Source: an uncultured Afipia sp.
GTDB taxonomy: Bacteria; Pseudomonadota; Alphaproteobacteria; Rhizobiales; Xanthobacteraceae
Direction of reading: 5' to 3'
Assembly: GCA_964384815.1 (NCBI GenBank)
Contig: CAYLLZ010000001.1
Span: 971,612-1,035,611, forward strand
Length of the DNA stretch: 64,000 nucleotides
Below the pieces are notes generated by a model, which was given only the letters and a program-made list of their open reading frames with translations, searched no databases and was not told where the DNA came from. Position numbers and translations under genes: made by a program. Below, in pieces: positions 32,539 through 41,791 of the stretch (positions are counted from its first letter, which is position 1; every line of letters begins with the position of its first letter).

Positions 32539-32653
32539 GGAACGCCTTTCACATTAATCCTTTATTATCCCTGTGCTGGCATGCAGCAGCCGGCACACGA
32601 TTTGCTTTGCAGACAATCATGGCTGCAATGGCGCAGCGAGAGGGATGAACGGC

Positions 32654-32752
32654 ATGAAGATCTATCTCCTGATGCTGCTGATCGGCGCATTGTTCACCGC
32701 CATTCATTTCACGTCGATTCCCGAGACCGGTTCCAAATCACTGCCGCAGTAA
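32654..32752 (+). CDS. candidate 32-aa small membrane protein
   Basis: GAGAGGGA RBS about 8 nt upstream. Product MKIYLLMLLIGALFTAIHFTSIPETGSKSLPQ. Not in the ORF track (under 60 aa). No homology support. Confidence 0.25.
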   Translation: MKIYLLMLLIGALFTAIHFTSIPETGSKSLPQ

Positions 32753-32776
32753 CGGGCCGGCAGTTTCGAGAACCCG

Positions 32777-33583
32777 TCACGCTTCCCTCCGCGACAACGG
32801 CAGGCCGAGCCGCCCGCCGAGAATATCAACGGCCTGTTTTGTCGGCACGCCTGCCCCGTCATTCAGCACCAGTCCTCGATCAAGCGCCATGGGCGCGCGG
32901 CTGCCCTTGGTCGCCCGGACCAGCACCCGGATCGCGGCCGAAGCCGGATCCGGGTAGACCGGCATGACGACGATCGTGCCGAACCCCCGTGCCAGAGCGG
33001 CCAGCACATCCCCCAGACCCTCGGCGCGCCAGATCAGCGTCAGCGTGCCCTTGGGCTTGAGGAGACGCCGCGCGGCCCCGATCCACGCCTCAAGTGTATC
33101 GGCGGCGGCGACATGGGCGGTCTTGCGGGCGACATCCGGCGAGGACTGATGCTGCGCACCCGGATTGAAAGGCGGGTTCATCAGCACGATGTCGGCATGG
33201 TCCGGCGGCAGACCGGCGGCAGCAAAGGCCGCGGGCGCGGCTGCGACATCGAGTTGCACCGCGCGGGCCACGATCCCGTTCAGCGCGGCGTTGGCCTGGG
33301 CAAGGTCCGCCAGTTCTGAATCGATCTCGACCAGCGTCAGCACAATGTCGGGGACCCGGCAGGCCAGTGCGAGCCCGGCGGCGCCGGCGCCGGCGCCGAA
33401 CTCCACCACATAATCGTGGGAACGTACGGGCGTGGCGGCGGCCAGCAGCATAGCATCATGACCGGAGCGATGACCGCGCCTGAACTGCCGCAGCCGCAGC
33501 CGCCCATCCAGAAACGCGTCCTCGGTGAGGTCGGCGGCCAGCGGCGGCATCGTCTGCGGGTCAGGCATCATCCCGCAACTCAT
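32777..33583 (-). CDS. class I SAM-dependent N6-adenine-type methyltransferase (TrmN6/YfiC-like)
   Basis: SAM-binding ..VVEFGAGAGAAGL.. and catalytic ..VLMNPPF.. (NPPF) motifs. The start is uncertain (Met codons at 33583, 33571, 33568 and 33550). Confidence 0.75.
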   Translation of the reverse strand: MSCGMMPDPQTMPPLAADLTEDAFLDGRLRLRQFRRGHRSGHDAMLLAAATPVRSHDYVVEFGAGAGAAGLALACRVPDIVLTLVEIDSELADLAQANAALNGIVARAVQLDVAAAPAAFAAAGLPPDHADIVLMNPPFNPGAQHQSSPDVARKTAHVAAADTLEAWIGAARRLLKPKGTLTLIWRAEGLGDVLAALARGFGTIVVMPVYPDPASAAIRVLVRATKGSRAPMALDRGLVLNDGAGVPTKQAVDILGGRLGLPLSRREA

Positions 33584-33788
33584 GTCCGAGCCCGGCGTCG
33601 GTCAGCAGTTGCCGCGCCGCTCCGGCATCATCCTCATGCACCAGGATCCGGCGCGGAATGACGCCGAGCGAGCCCTCGACCACGCTCATATTGGAATCGA
33701 GCAACAGATGGTGGATGTGGGCACCCTCGAGCAGCGCGCCAACCGCCGAAACCAGCACCATGTCATTGGTCCGGATCAACTCGCGCAA
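33561..33788 (-). CDS. DUF2007-domain protein
   Basis: 75 aa, MRELIRTNDMVLVSAVGALLEGAHIHHLLLD.NMS..EGS.G.IPRRILV.EDD...AR.LL, the small ferredoxin-like DUF2007 pattern. Upstream of and co-directional with the methyltransferase. Confidence 0.65.
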   Translation of the reverse strand: MRELIRTNDMVLVSAVGALLEGAHIHHLLLDSNMSVVEGSLGVIPRRILVHEDDAGAARQLLTDAGLGHELRDDA

Positions 33789-33899
33789 TCAAAACACCTC
33801 CATACCGGTCCCCAAATCGCGGCCACCGCAACCGGACGCCCTTGCCGCCCGTCCCGGCAGTTTCTATTGTCGGCCGCAGTTCCCATCTGGAGGCCCTGC

Positions 33900-34910
33900 G
33901 TGGCAGTCATTGTACCTTTCGAGAGCCACTCGACACCATCGATAGACCAGCTCGTCGGGCTTGTCTCCGAGGATATGGAACGCGTCAACGCCACCATCCT
34001 GTCGCGAACCGGGTCGGAAGTCACCATGATCCCGGAGGTGGCGAACCACCTGATCTCGTCGGGCGGCAAGCGGCTGCGCCCGATGCTGACGCTGGCGATG
34101 GCCCAGCTCGCGGGCTATTCCGGCGAAGGGCACATCAAGCTCGCCGCCGCCGTCGAGTTCATGCACACCGCGACGCTGCTGCATGACGACGTCGTGGACG
34201 AGAGCGAATTGCGCCGGGGCAAATTGTCGGCGCGGATGCTGTGGGGCAACGAGGCCAGCGTGCTGGTCGGCGACTTCCTGCTCGGTCAGGCGTTCCGCAT
34301 GATGGTCGAGGTCGGCTCGCTGCGCGCGCTCGACATCCTGTCGTCGGCCGCCGCCACCATCGCCGAGGGCGAGGTGATGCAGCTTGCCGCCGCCAAGAAC
34401 ACCGCCACCACCGAGGACGAATATCTCGCGGTGGTGCGCGGCAAGACCGCCGAACTGTTCGCCGCCGCCTGCGAGGTCGGCCCGGTGATCGCAGGGCGGC
34501 CCAAGGCCGAGCAGACCGCCTGCCGCTCGGTCGGCATGAATCTCGGCATCGCCTTCCAGCTTGTCGATGACGTGCTCGACTATGGCGGCAAGGCCGCCAA
34601 GCTCGGCAAGAATGTCGGCGACGATTTCCGCGAGGGCAAGATCACGCTGCCGGTAGTGCTGGCGTTCCGTCGCGGCAACGATGTCGAGCGCGAGTTCTGG
34701 ATCAAAACGCTGGAGCGCGGCGAGATCGCCGAGGGCGATCTCGATCACGCCATCGGCCTGATGACCAAGCATCGCACGCTGGAAGACGCAATGAACCGCG
34801 CCCAGCATTACGGCGCGATGGCGGTCGATGCGCTGGCGCTGTTTCCATCCTCGCCGATGAAGAGTGCGCTGGAGCAGGTCGTCGCGTTCTGCCTCGCCCG
34901 CTCGAACTGA
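33900..34910 (+). CDS. ispB: polyprenyl (octaprenyl) diphosphate synthase
   Basis: ..GGKRLRPMLTL.., first DDxxD motif ..ATLLHDDVVDES..RRG.., second ..GIAFQLVDDVLDY... GTG at 33900 lies 6 nt after GGAGG. The 33525 track start is an over-extension. Confidence 0.85.
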   Translation: MAVIVPFESHSTPSIDQLVGLVSEDMERVNATILSRTGSEVTMIPEVANHLISSGGKRLRPMLTLAMAQLAGYSGEGHIKLAAAVEFMHTATLLHDDVVDESELRRGKLSARMLWGNEASVLVGDFLLGQAFRMMVEVGSLRALDILSSAAATIAEGEVMQLAAAKNTATTEDEYLAVVRGKTAELFAAACEVGPVIAGRPKAEQTACRSVGMNLGIAFQLVDDVLDYGGKAAKLGKNVGDDFREGKITLPVVLAFRRGNDVEREFWIKTLERGEIAEGDLDHAIGLMTKHRTLEDAMNRAQHYGAMAVDALALFPSSPMKSALEQVVAFCLARSN

Positions 34911-34916
34911 CCGTTC

Positions 34917-35801
34917 TCAGCTCAACGCGCCAGCGTGCACCCACCAGTCCGGGTGCGCGCGGGCGATCGCCTGCGCCGCCGAGCGCGCGGCGTCATCGGT
35001 GTCGTAAAGCGCGAAGCATGTCGCGCCCGAGCCCGACATCCGCGCCAGCCGCACGCCTTCGGTTTCGCGCAAAGCGGCAAGCACCGCGCCGATCAGCGGC
35101 TGGATCTTCGTTGCCGGCGCCTCGAGATCGTTGACGCCTGCTGAAAGCTCGATAAGCCAGTCCTCCGCCGATGCGCCCGTCTTGGGCAACGTGATCGCCT
35201 GCAGCATTTCGGAGACGCCGACCCGCAATTCGCCGTTGCGCAGGCCGAGCGCGGTGAACACGTCCTTGGTCGCGACCGCGACCCGCGGATTGACCAGCAC
35301 GCAGGGCAGACGCGGCAGTGTCAGCGGCGCCAGGTTCTCGCCGACGCCGGCCATGATGCAGGCGCGCGAGGCGACGCAGACCGGAATGTCGGCACCGGTG
35401 GCGCGCGCCACATCCATCAGGCGCGGATCGTCGGACGCAAGACCGTTCGCCTTCGCCAGCAGGCGCAGCGCCGCCGCCGCATCCGCCGAACCGCCGCCGA
35501 TCCCCGCCGCCGCCGGCAGATGCTTGTCGAGCACGAAGTGCCCGAGCTTGAGACCGGCAATGCGCTCGCCCAGATGACGGGCCACGCGCAGCACAAGGTT
35601 GTCGTCCAGCGCGCCGCATTCCGCCGCGCGCGGACCGGTGACCGTCAGGCCGAGCGGGCGGCCCGTATCGAGCGAGAGATGATCGGCGCAATCGGCGAAC
35701 GCCACGATGCTGTCGAGGTCGTGATAGCCGTCCGGCCGCCGGCCGAGCACACGCAAGGTGAGATTGACCTTGGCGCGGGCGGTATCGGTCAGGGAGGTCA
35801 T
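34917..35801 (-). CDS. ispE: 4-(cytidine 5'-diphospho)-2-C-methyl-D-erythritol kinase
   Basis: ..AKVNLTLRVLGRR.DGYH.L.S...F.. and the GHMP kinase motif ..KHLP.AAGIGGGSADAAA... Confidence 0.9.
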   Translation of the reverse strand: MTSLTDTARAKVNLTLRVLGRRPDGYHDLDSIVAFADCADHLSLDTGRPLGLTVTGPRAAECGALDDNLVLRVARHLGERIAGLKLGHFVLDKHLPAAAGIGGGSADAAAALRLLAKANGLASDDPRLMDVARATGADIPVCVASRACIMAGVGENLAPLTLPRLPCVLVNPRVAVATKDVFTALGLRNGELRVGVSEMLQAITLPKTGASAEDWLIELSAGVNDLEAPATKIQPLIGAVLAALRETEGVRLARMSGSGATCFALYDTDDAARSAAQAIARAHPDWWVHAGALS

Positions 35802-35857
35802 GCGCGGTCCCGTTCGTGCGGACCGGGCCTGTCCCGGTCATCTGCTGGAGCGATCCG

Positions 35858-35897
35858 TTATAAAGATGCGAAAGCCCGCGACAAGCGCGGGCTTTCG
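35858..35897 (-). terminator. intrinsic terminator-like hairpin
   Basis: Minus strand: GAAAGCCCGCG-cttgt-CGCGGGCTTTC followed by GCATCTTTATAA. It sits between the small ORF/TPR gene and ispE. Confidence 0.4.
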
Positions 35898-35919
35898 GAA
35901 ACAGGATGGCTGCGGGCGC

Positions 35920-36051
35920 CTAAGGCACCATCGCCACGGTCCAGGTGATCTCGCTGTAGCTTCCGACGCCGCGCATCACGACGAGCGCACAAAGAATGGC
36001 GATGATCTGAAGAAGCACCCGGGTGGTGAAAATCCGGCTGAAAAACTTCAT
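35920..36051 (-). CDS. candidate 43-aa small membrane protein
   Basis: MKFFSRIFTTRVLLQIIAILCALVVMRGVGSYSEITWTVAMVP has one TM helix. It lies between the TPR gene and a terminator hairpin. Weak RBS and no homology support. The 66-aa track ORF here is in another frame and looks non-coding. Confidence 0.3.
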   Translation of the reverse strand: MKFFSRIFTTRVLLQIIAILCALVVMRGVGSYSEITWTVAMVP

Positions 36052-36116
36052 CTGTCATTCCGCTGCAGTTCGTCCGGCAAGCGCGCCGAGGTCAGGCGCG
36101 CAGGCCGTCGTTTGGG

Positions 36117-37910
36117 CTAGCCGCCCTTGTCGGTGTCCTTCTTGCGCTCGGCCGCAGCCGCCGACGAAGTATCTTCCGGCAGGCCATCGCGCAGCTTGGC
36201 CTCGATCTTCGGCAGCTCTTCCGGCTCCGGCTTGAGGTCCTTGGCATGCTGCCACTGGAAGCGCGCCTCCAGCGTGCGGCCGACGCGCCAATAGGCATCG
36301 CCAAGATGGTCGTTGATGGTCGGGTCTTCCGGCTTGAGCTCGATGGCACGCTCGAGATTTTTCACGGCGTTGTCGTAGTCGCCGATGCGGTAATAGGCCC
36401 AGCCGAGCGAGTCGACGATGAAGCCATCATCCGGCCGCTGCTCGACGGCGCGGCGGATCATCGCCATGCCCTCGTCGAGATTGATGCCCTGATCGACCCA
36501 GGAATAGCCGAGATAGTTCAACACATGGGCCTGCTCGGGCTGCAGCGACAGCGCCTTCTTCAGGTCGGCCTCCGCCTTCGGCCACTGCTTGGAGCGCTCC
36601 TCGCAGATGCCGCGGAAGTAATGCAGCACCCAGTTCGGCTTCTGGTCCTCGTTGGCCTCGATCGCCTTGGTGTAGGTGCCGGCGCAATCCTCGAACTTCT
36701 TGCGGGCGCGCTCGATATTGCCGAGCGCCACGATGGCCTCGATGTCCTTCGGGTCCTCGCTGATGACGGTGCGCAGAATCTTGAGCGCCTCCTCGCTGCG
36801 ATCGACCGCGTCGAGATCGGTCGCGAGCTGGATCTGCGCGTTGCGCTTGAGCGGCGAATTCGCCGGCACGCGCTCGTAGACGTTCACCGCCATCTGCGGC
36901 TTCTTCACCGATTCATAAAGGTCGCCGAGCGAAAGCAGCGCCAGCGCGTGATGGGGGCGCAGGTAAAGCGCAAGCTGCAGATAGACCAGCGCAAGGTCCT
37001 CGCCGCCGCGCCGGGTCAGCGACGCGCCGATGCCGTAAAGCGCTTCGGCGGCACCGGCCTGCGCCGAATCCACCAGCGGCGCGAGCTTCTTGCCGGCCCG
37101 CGTCTCGCGCAGGGCCTCGACCACCAGCGGGTGGCGCGCCAGCTTCTTGTCGAAATTCTCATAGACTGCGGTCGCCGCGGCATCGCCCTTGTTGCGCGAC
37201 AGCCAGCGGCCGTAGGCATCGGCCACCCGCAGCGCGGAATCGTCGAGCTTGTAGGCCCGCTCGAAACGGACGCCGGCATCCTTCTGCTTGTTGGCCAGCT
37301 CATAGATCATGCCGGCGTGCAGATCCTTGAAGATCGGATACCATTCGGGACCGGCGAGCTTGTCGATATGGGTGATCGCGGCCGTGGTGTTGCCCGCGCC
37401 GTACATCGCCCAGCTCGACAGCAGGGTCGCCACCAGATCGGTGATCGGCCCGCGCACCGACTGATTGATGTTCTGCTGCGCAAGCGTGTACTGCTTCTGC
37501 TTCAGGGCACGCACGCCGACCACGAGGCGCGCGACGCGATTGGTCTTGTCGATCGCCAGAATGCGCTCGGCATATTTCACCGCCTCGTCGATGTCGCCAT
37601 CGGCGACCGAGGAGATGAAGGCACGGTCGAGCAATTCGTTGTTCTTCGGATCGAGGCGCAGCGCGGTCCGGTAGAACGCCGCGGCAGCGGCGGCATCGCG
37701 CTCGACGCTGGCGCGGCGCGCGGCAAGATAGCTGCCGGCGGCGGTGAGGCCCTGCAGGTCGCTTCTGGTCGGATAGGTCACGGCCTTGTCCACGCTGGGC
37801 TGCGCCAGCGCCGGGGCGGCCAGCGAGCCCATCACCATCGATGCCACGGCGGCAGTGGCAATGGCCACGCGGTTGAAACGAACGGAAGACATCACGCGTG
37901 CCAGCTCCAT
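36117..37910 (-). CDS. secreted tetratricopeptide-repeat protein
   Basis: Signal peptide (..VAIATAAVASMVMGSLAAPALAQP), then multiple TPR units (..A...Y..AL.L.P.N..). Start at 37910 or 37892. The track start at 38519 runs into the next gene. Confidence 0.75.
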   Translation of the reverse strand: MELARVMSSVRFNRVAIATAAVASMVMGSLAAPALAQPSVDKAVTYPTRSDLQGLTAAGSYLAARRASVERDAAAAAAFYRTALRLDPKNNELLDRAFISSVADGDIDEAVKYAERILAIDKTNRVARLVVGVRALKQKQYTLAQQNINQSVRGPITDLVATLLSSWAMYGAGNTTAAITHIDKLAGPEWYPIFKDLHAGMIYELANKQKDAGVRFERAYKLDDSALRVADAYGRWLSRNKGDAAATAVYENFDKKLARHPLVVEALRETRAGKKLAPLVDSAQAGAAEALYGIGASLTRRGGEDLALVYLQLALYLRPHHALALLSLGDLYESVKKPQMAVNVYERVPANSPLKRNAQIQLATDLDAVDRSEEALKILRTVISEDPKDIEAIVALGNIERARKKFEDCAGTYTKAIEANEDQKPNWVLHYFRGICEERSKQWPKAEADLKKALSLQPEQAHVLNYLGYSWVDQGINLDEGMAMIRRAVEQRPDDGFIVDSLGWAYYRIGDYDNAVKNLERAIELKPEDPTINDHLGDAYWRVGRTLEARFQWQHAKDLKPEPEELPKIEAKLRDGLPEDTSSAAAAERKKDTDKGG

Positions 37911-38122
37911 GAAACTGAAAAAGGCGCGGACCAAGATCAGGTCGGCGACCGGGGGACAATGGCCCGTTTGCGGGCCGTCCGCAAGGATTTGAGCGATCCA
38001 CCGAAGGGCCCGCTCAGTGTGGCGGCATCGTGGCGGCAGGCCGAACCTCGCGCAATCGTGCGCTGGTTTCCCGGGGCCGGAACAACGTCCTTCCCGCCCC
38101 ACTGGCTGCGTTTTGACGCCGG

Positions 38123-38863
38123 CTAGATGTTCTTGATGACCAGCGTGATCCCGGCAAAGATCAGGGTTAGATAGACCAGCATCAACAGGCTTTCGCTTTT
38201 CAGCCGGTCGTGCAGGTAGTGCCCGAGCTTGACGCCGGCAAAGCAGAACGGCAGCACGAGCGCCCACCACAGCCAGATTTTCGGGTCGGCATAGAACCCG
38301 CCAACACTGAAGATGCCGATTCGCAGCAACGCGGTGAGCAGCAGCAGTTGCACGATGGTGGCGCGCAATTCGCCCTTGTCGCGAATCCGGCCCGACAGAT
38401 AGGCCACATAAAGCGGCCCGCCGGTGCCGAAGGTCGCCGACAGCGCCCCTGCCAGAAGGCCGAGCGGCACCGCCACGATCCTGCTGAACTGGCGCTCCCG
38501 GCCGCGCTGCAGAATGCAATAGACGCCATGGCAGGTAATTATGACGCCGAGGCTGAGCAGCAGGATTTTCTCGGGGATGATCAGGAAAATGGTCGCGCCG
38601 GCAATGATGCCGACCGTGGTGGTCGGCAACAATGCGATCAGTTCACGATAGTTCGTCTCCCGGCGGAATTTGACGACGTTCCAGAGCACGAACACGCCGT
38701 CGAGCAGCGCTACCAGCGGTACGAAGAAGCGCAGCGAGGCGACCATCACCAGGAAAGGCATGGCGATGACGCTCTGTCCGAAGCCGGTGATACCGAACAG
38801 CGTATAGGCGACGAACAGGATCAGCGAGGTGATGCCGAACGAGGCGAACGGAAAATCGGTCAT
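38123..38863 (-). CDS. TSUP-family (TauE/SafE-type) permease
   Basis: 246-aa polytopic protein (..GITGFGQSVIAMPFL.., ..TFGTGGPLYVAYL..), paralogous in type to the gene at 1-666. Confidence 0.8.
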   Translation of the reverse strand: MTDFPFASFGITSLILFVAYTLFGITGFGQSVIAMPFLVMVASLRFFVPLVALLDGVFVLWNVVKFRRETNYRELIALLPTTTVGIIAGATIFLIIPEKILLLSLGVIITCHGVYCILQRGRERQFSRIVAVPLGLLAGALSATFGTGGPLYVAYLSGRIRDKGELRATIVQLLLLTALLRIGIFSVGGFYADPKIWLWWALVLPFCFAGVKLGHYLHDRLKSESLLMLVYLTLIFAGITLVIKNI

Positions 38864-38918
38864 GTCAGGCTGCGCCGGAACCGGCTCTCCGCATCGCGCA
38901 TTCCTGTATCATGAGCCC

Positions 38919-40580
38919 TCACATCCCCTGATAGTTCGGCCCGCCGCCACCTTCCGGCGGGACCCAGGTGATGTTGCCGTTGGGGTCCTTCACGTCGCAG
39001 GTTTTGCAGTGAACACAGTTTTGGGCGTTGATCTGGAAGCGCGCGTCCTGCCCCTCCCCGATCCACTCATAGACGCCGGCCGGACAATAACGGCCAGAGG
39101 GGCCGGCGAACACATCATGCTCCGATGATTTCTGCAGCGCCATGTCCGGCACCTTGAGATGGACCCGCTGATCCTCCTCATGATTGGTGTTGGACACGAA
39201 CACCGACGACAGCCGGTCGAAGGTCAGCTTGCCGTCCGGCTTCAGCGCGGGGCGCGGCTTATGATCCTTCGCCGGATCGAGCGTCGCGCGATCGGGCTTG
39301 CCGTGCGGCCGGGTGCCGAACAATGAGGCACCGAACAGCGTCTGCATCCACATGTCGATGCCGCCGAGCGCGACACCGAGCACGGTGCCGAACCGCGACC
39401 ACAGCGGTTTGACGTTGCGGACCTTGAACAGATCCCGGCCCACTGCCGACTCGCGCCATCCGGTCTCGTAACCGGCAAGCTCGTCATTGGCGCGGCCCTC
39501 TGCGAGCGCACCCGCGACATGTTCGGCGGCGAGCATGGCGCTGCCGAGCGCGTTATGGACGCCCTTGATGCGCGGCACGTTGACGAAGCCGGCGGCGCAG
39601 CCGATCAGCGCGCCGCCCGGAAACGTCAGGCGCGGCACCGACTGGTAGCCGCCCTCGGTGATCGCGCGCGCGCCATAGGACAGACGCTTGCCGCCTTCGA
39701 GCAGATCGCGGATGTCCGGATGGGTCTTGAAGCGCTGGAATTCCTCGAATGGCGACAGATACGGATCGCTGTAGTTCAGGTGCACGACAAAGCCGACCGC
39801 AACCAGATTGTCGCCGTAGTGATAGAGAAACGAGCCGCCGCCGGTCGCGTTGTCGAGCGGCCAGCCGAACGAATGCTGGATCAGGCCGGGCCGATGCTTC
39901 TCCGGATCGATCTGCCAGACTTCCTTCAGCCCGATGCCGAATTTCGGCGGCTCGCTGTCCTTGTCGAGGGCAAAGCGCGCGATCAGTTGCTTGCTCAGGC
40001 TGCCGCGCGCACCTTCCGCGAACAGCGTGTATTTGCCGAGCAGTTCCATGCCGCGCGCGAACGACGCCTTCGGCGTGCCGTCGCGCGCCACGCCCATGTC
40101 GCCGGTGGCGATGCCGCGCACCTCGCCGTTCTCACCGTAGATCAATTCGGTGGCGGCGAAGCCGGGATAGATCTCGACGCCGAGCGCTTCGGCCTGCGGC
40201 GCCAGCCAGCGGCACAGATCGCCGAGCGAGCCGACATAGCAGCGATGATTGTTCATCAGCGGCGGCATCAGCATGTTCGGGAGCCGGATCGCGCCGTTCG
40301 CCGTCATCCAGTAGAAGCGGTCGCGCGTGACCTTGGTCTTGAGCGGGCAAGCCTCGTCGGCATGCCATTCCGGCAGCAGCCGGTCGAGCGCCACCGGATC
40401 GATCACCGCGCCGGACAGGATATGGGCTCCGACTTCGGAGCCCTTCTCGACCACCACCACGGACAGATCGGGATTGATCTGCTTCAAACGGATCGCCGCG
40501 CCGAGCCCGGCCGGGCCGGCGCCGACAATCACCACATCGAATTCCATGGAGTCGCGCGGGGGAAGCGGCTCGGCCGTCAT
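38919..40580 (-). CDS. electron-transfer flavoprotein:ubiquinone oxidoreductase
   Basis: ..FDVVIVGAGPAGL.. FAD fold and the C-terminal 4Fe-4S ..CPAGVYE......F.IN.QNC.HCKTCD.KDP..NI.W..PEGG.GP.Y..M hallmark. Confidence 0.9.
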   Translation of the reverse strand: MTAEPLPPRDSMEFDVVIVGAGPAGLGAAIRLKQINPDLSVVVVEKGSEVGAHILSGAVIDPVALDRLLPEWHADEACPLKTKVTRDRFYWMTANGAIRLPNMLMPPLMNNHRCYVGSLGDLCRWLAPQAEALGVEIYPGFAATELIYGENGEVRGIATGDMGVARDGTPKASFARGMELLGKYTLFAEGARGSLSKQLIARFALDKDSEPPKFGIGLKEVWQIDPEKHRPGLIQHSFGWPLDNATGGGSFLYHYGDNLVAVGFVVHLNYSDPYLSPFEEFQRFKTHPDIRDLLEGGKRLSYGARAITEGGYQSVPRLTFPGGALIGCAAGFVNVPRIKGVHNALGSAMLAAEHVAGALAEGRANDELAGYETGWRESAVGRDLFKVRNVKPLWSRFGTVLGVALGGIDMWMQTLFGASLFGTRPHGKPDRATLDPAKDHKPRPALKPDGKLTFDRLSSVFVSNTNHEEDQRVHLKVPDMALQKSSEHDVFAGPSGRYCPAGVYEWIGEGQDARFQINAQNCVHCKTCDVKDPNGNITWVPPEGGGGPNYQGM

Positions 40581-40827
40581 GCACTGTCTCGGGGTCGCGT
40601 TTCAGAACACCTCTAAAGACTTGTTCCCGATTTTCCGGAGGAGAACAACCCTGCCGAAGTCACCACGATATGAGGTAATGGCATCCCCTCATTCCACGGA
40701 TGCGGGACAAGAAAAGGCCGGGCAAATTTCCCGCCCTCACCGGCCTGTTCCCGATCTTTGTGTCCGGCTGCGTTTTCTTCACGCCAAGCGGTACCCCTCG
40801 CTCGAAAACGCTGTAGATTGCCGGCCC

Positions 40828-41640
40828 ATGACGCCCGAGCCCACCCCGTCCGCACATGATCTTCTGGCCTTCTATCTGGAGGCCGGCGTCGATTGCGCAT
40901 TGTCGGAAGAGCCGGCCAATCGCCTTGCGGAACCGGCCGAGGAATTGCCCGCGCCCCGCGCCGCCGCCGCACCGCGCGCCCAGCCGCCGCAAACCAGCAT
41001 TCCCGCGCCCGCTATCATGCGCGACGCTGCGCCGGCACCGGATGCGGCGATCGAATCGGCCCGCGCGCTGGCTCCCAAGGCGCAAACGCTGGAAGACCTG
41101 CGCGCGCTGCTGCAGAGCTTCGATGGCTGCGCGCTGAAGACAACCGCGACGCGGATGGTGTTCGCCGACGGCAACCCGCAGGCCAAGATCATGTTCGTCG
41201 GCGAAGCGCCCGGACGCGACGAGGATCTCGAAGGCCTGCCCTTTGTCGGCCGTTCGGGCAAGCTGCTCGACCGCATGCTGGCGGCGATCGGGCTCGACCG
41301 CACCAGCGCCTATATCGCCAACATCATTCCATGGCGTCCGCCGGGCAATCGCGATCCCTCCCCGCACGAGACCCAGATGTGCCTGCCCTTCATCCGGCGG
41401 CAGATCGAACTGGTCGATCCCGATGTGCTGGTCTGTCTCGGCAAGCCGTCGTCGCAGGCGGTGCTCGAACTCAAGGACGGTATCATGAAAACGCGCGGGC
41501 GCTGGGTCGATTACCACACCGGCACGCGCACCATCCGCGCGATGCCGACGTTCCACCCCGCCTATCTGCTGCGTCAGCCGATCTACAAGCGCCTGACCTG
41601 GCAGGACCTGCGTGCCATCAAAAAGGCGCTGGTCGCCTGA
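40828..41640 (+). CDS. family-4 uracil-DNA glycosylase with N-terminal extension
   Basis: ..MFVGEAPGRDEDLEGLPFVGRSGKLLDRML.., ..TFHPAYLLR.. motifs. ATG at 40828. Confidence 0.8.
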   Translation: MTPEPTPSAHDLLAFYLEAGVDCALSEEPANRLAEPAEELPAPRAAAAPRAQPPQTSIPAPAIMRDAAPAPDAAIESARALAPKAQTLEDLRALLQSFDGCALKTTATRMVFADGNPQAKIMFVGEAPGRDEDLEGLPFVGRSGKLLDRMLAAIGLDRTSAYIANIIPWRPPGNRDPSPHETQMCLPFIRRQIELVDPDVLVCLGKPSSQAVLELKDGIMKTRGRWVDYHTGTRTIRAMPTFHPAYLLRQPIYKRLTWQDLRAIKKALVA

Positions 41641-41791
41641 GCCTGCGGTAGCTCGATAGCGGCGGCGCAGGCCGCTCGCCGCGGACGCATACCCCCTATT
41701 CCGCTCCATTACCCGGTACGCGTAGAAGAATCTTCCAAATCTGCGCATAAAGAGAGCATATCCGGCGCCGAGACCGGACTTCGGGGATCTG

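Noticed and set aside
32554-32568. CtrA box TTAAtcctttaTTAT just upstream of the S49 peptidase start
   Set aside because: It has one mismatch, is only a half-convincing match in an AT-rich patch, and I know of no supporting biology linking S49 peptidases to CtrA. Chance occurrence is plausible.
37911-38519. Upstream 200-aa extension of the TPR protein ORF (track start 38519)
   Set aside because: The extension overlaps the TSUP permease gene (38123..38863) in another frame and is Arg/Pro-rich. A signal peptide begins right after the Met codons at 37910 and 37892. I made similar 5' trims for mutY (54902 to 54287), the radical SAM gene (47776 to 47545), UDG (40327 to 40828), ispB (33525 to 33900), ygfZ, pyrC, the HD hydrolase, moaB, ypfJ and the lipoprotein.
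38123-38863. Horizontally acquired insert, suggested by the visibly lower GC of the TSUP permease gene
   Set aside because: The lower GC (mid-50s % in the stretches I counted) is largely explained by hydrophobic, T-rich codons of a polytopic membrane protein. There are no flanking repeats or mobility genes. A proper GC3 or codon-usage calculation would be needed.
40625-40655. Inverted repeat TTGTTCCCG..GGAGAACAA and GTTC-containing segments upstream of ETF-QO/UDG as a LexA or other operator
   Set aside because: The arms are short and imperfect. The spacings do not fit GTTC-N7-GTTC (the nearest case is GTTC-N7-TTGT). There is not enough evidence to call a site.
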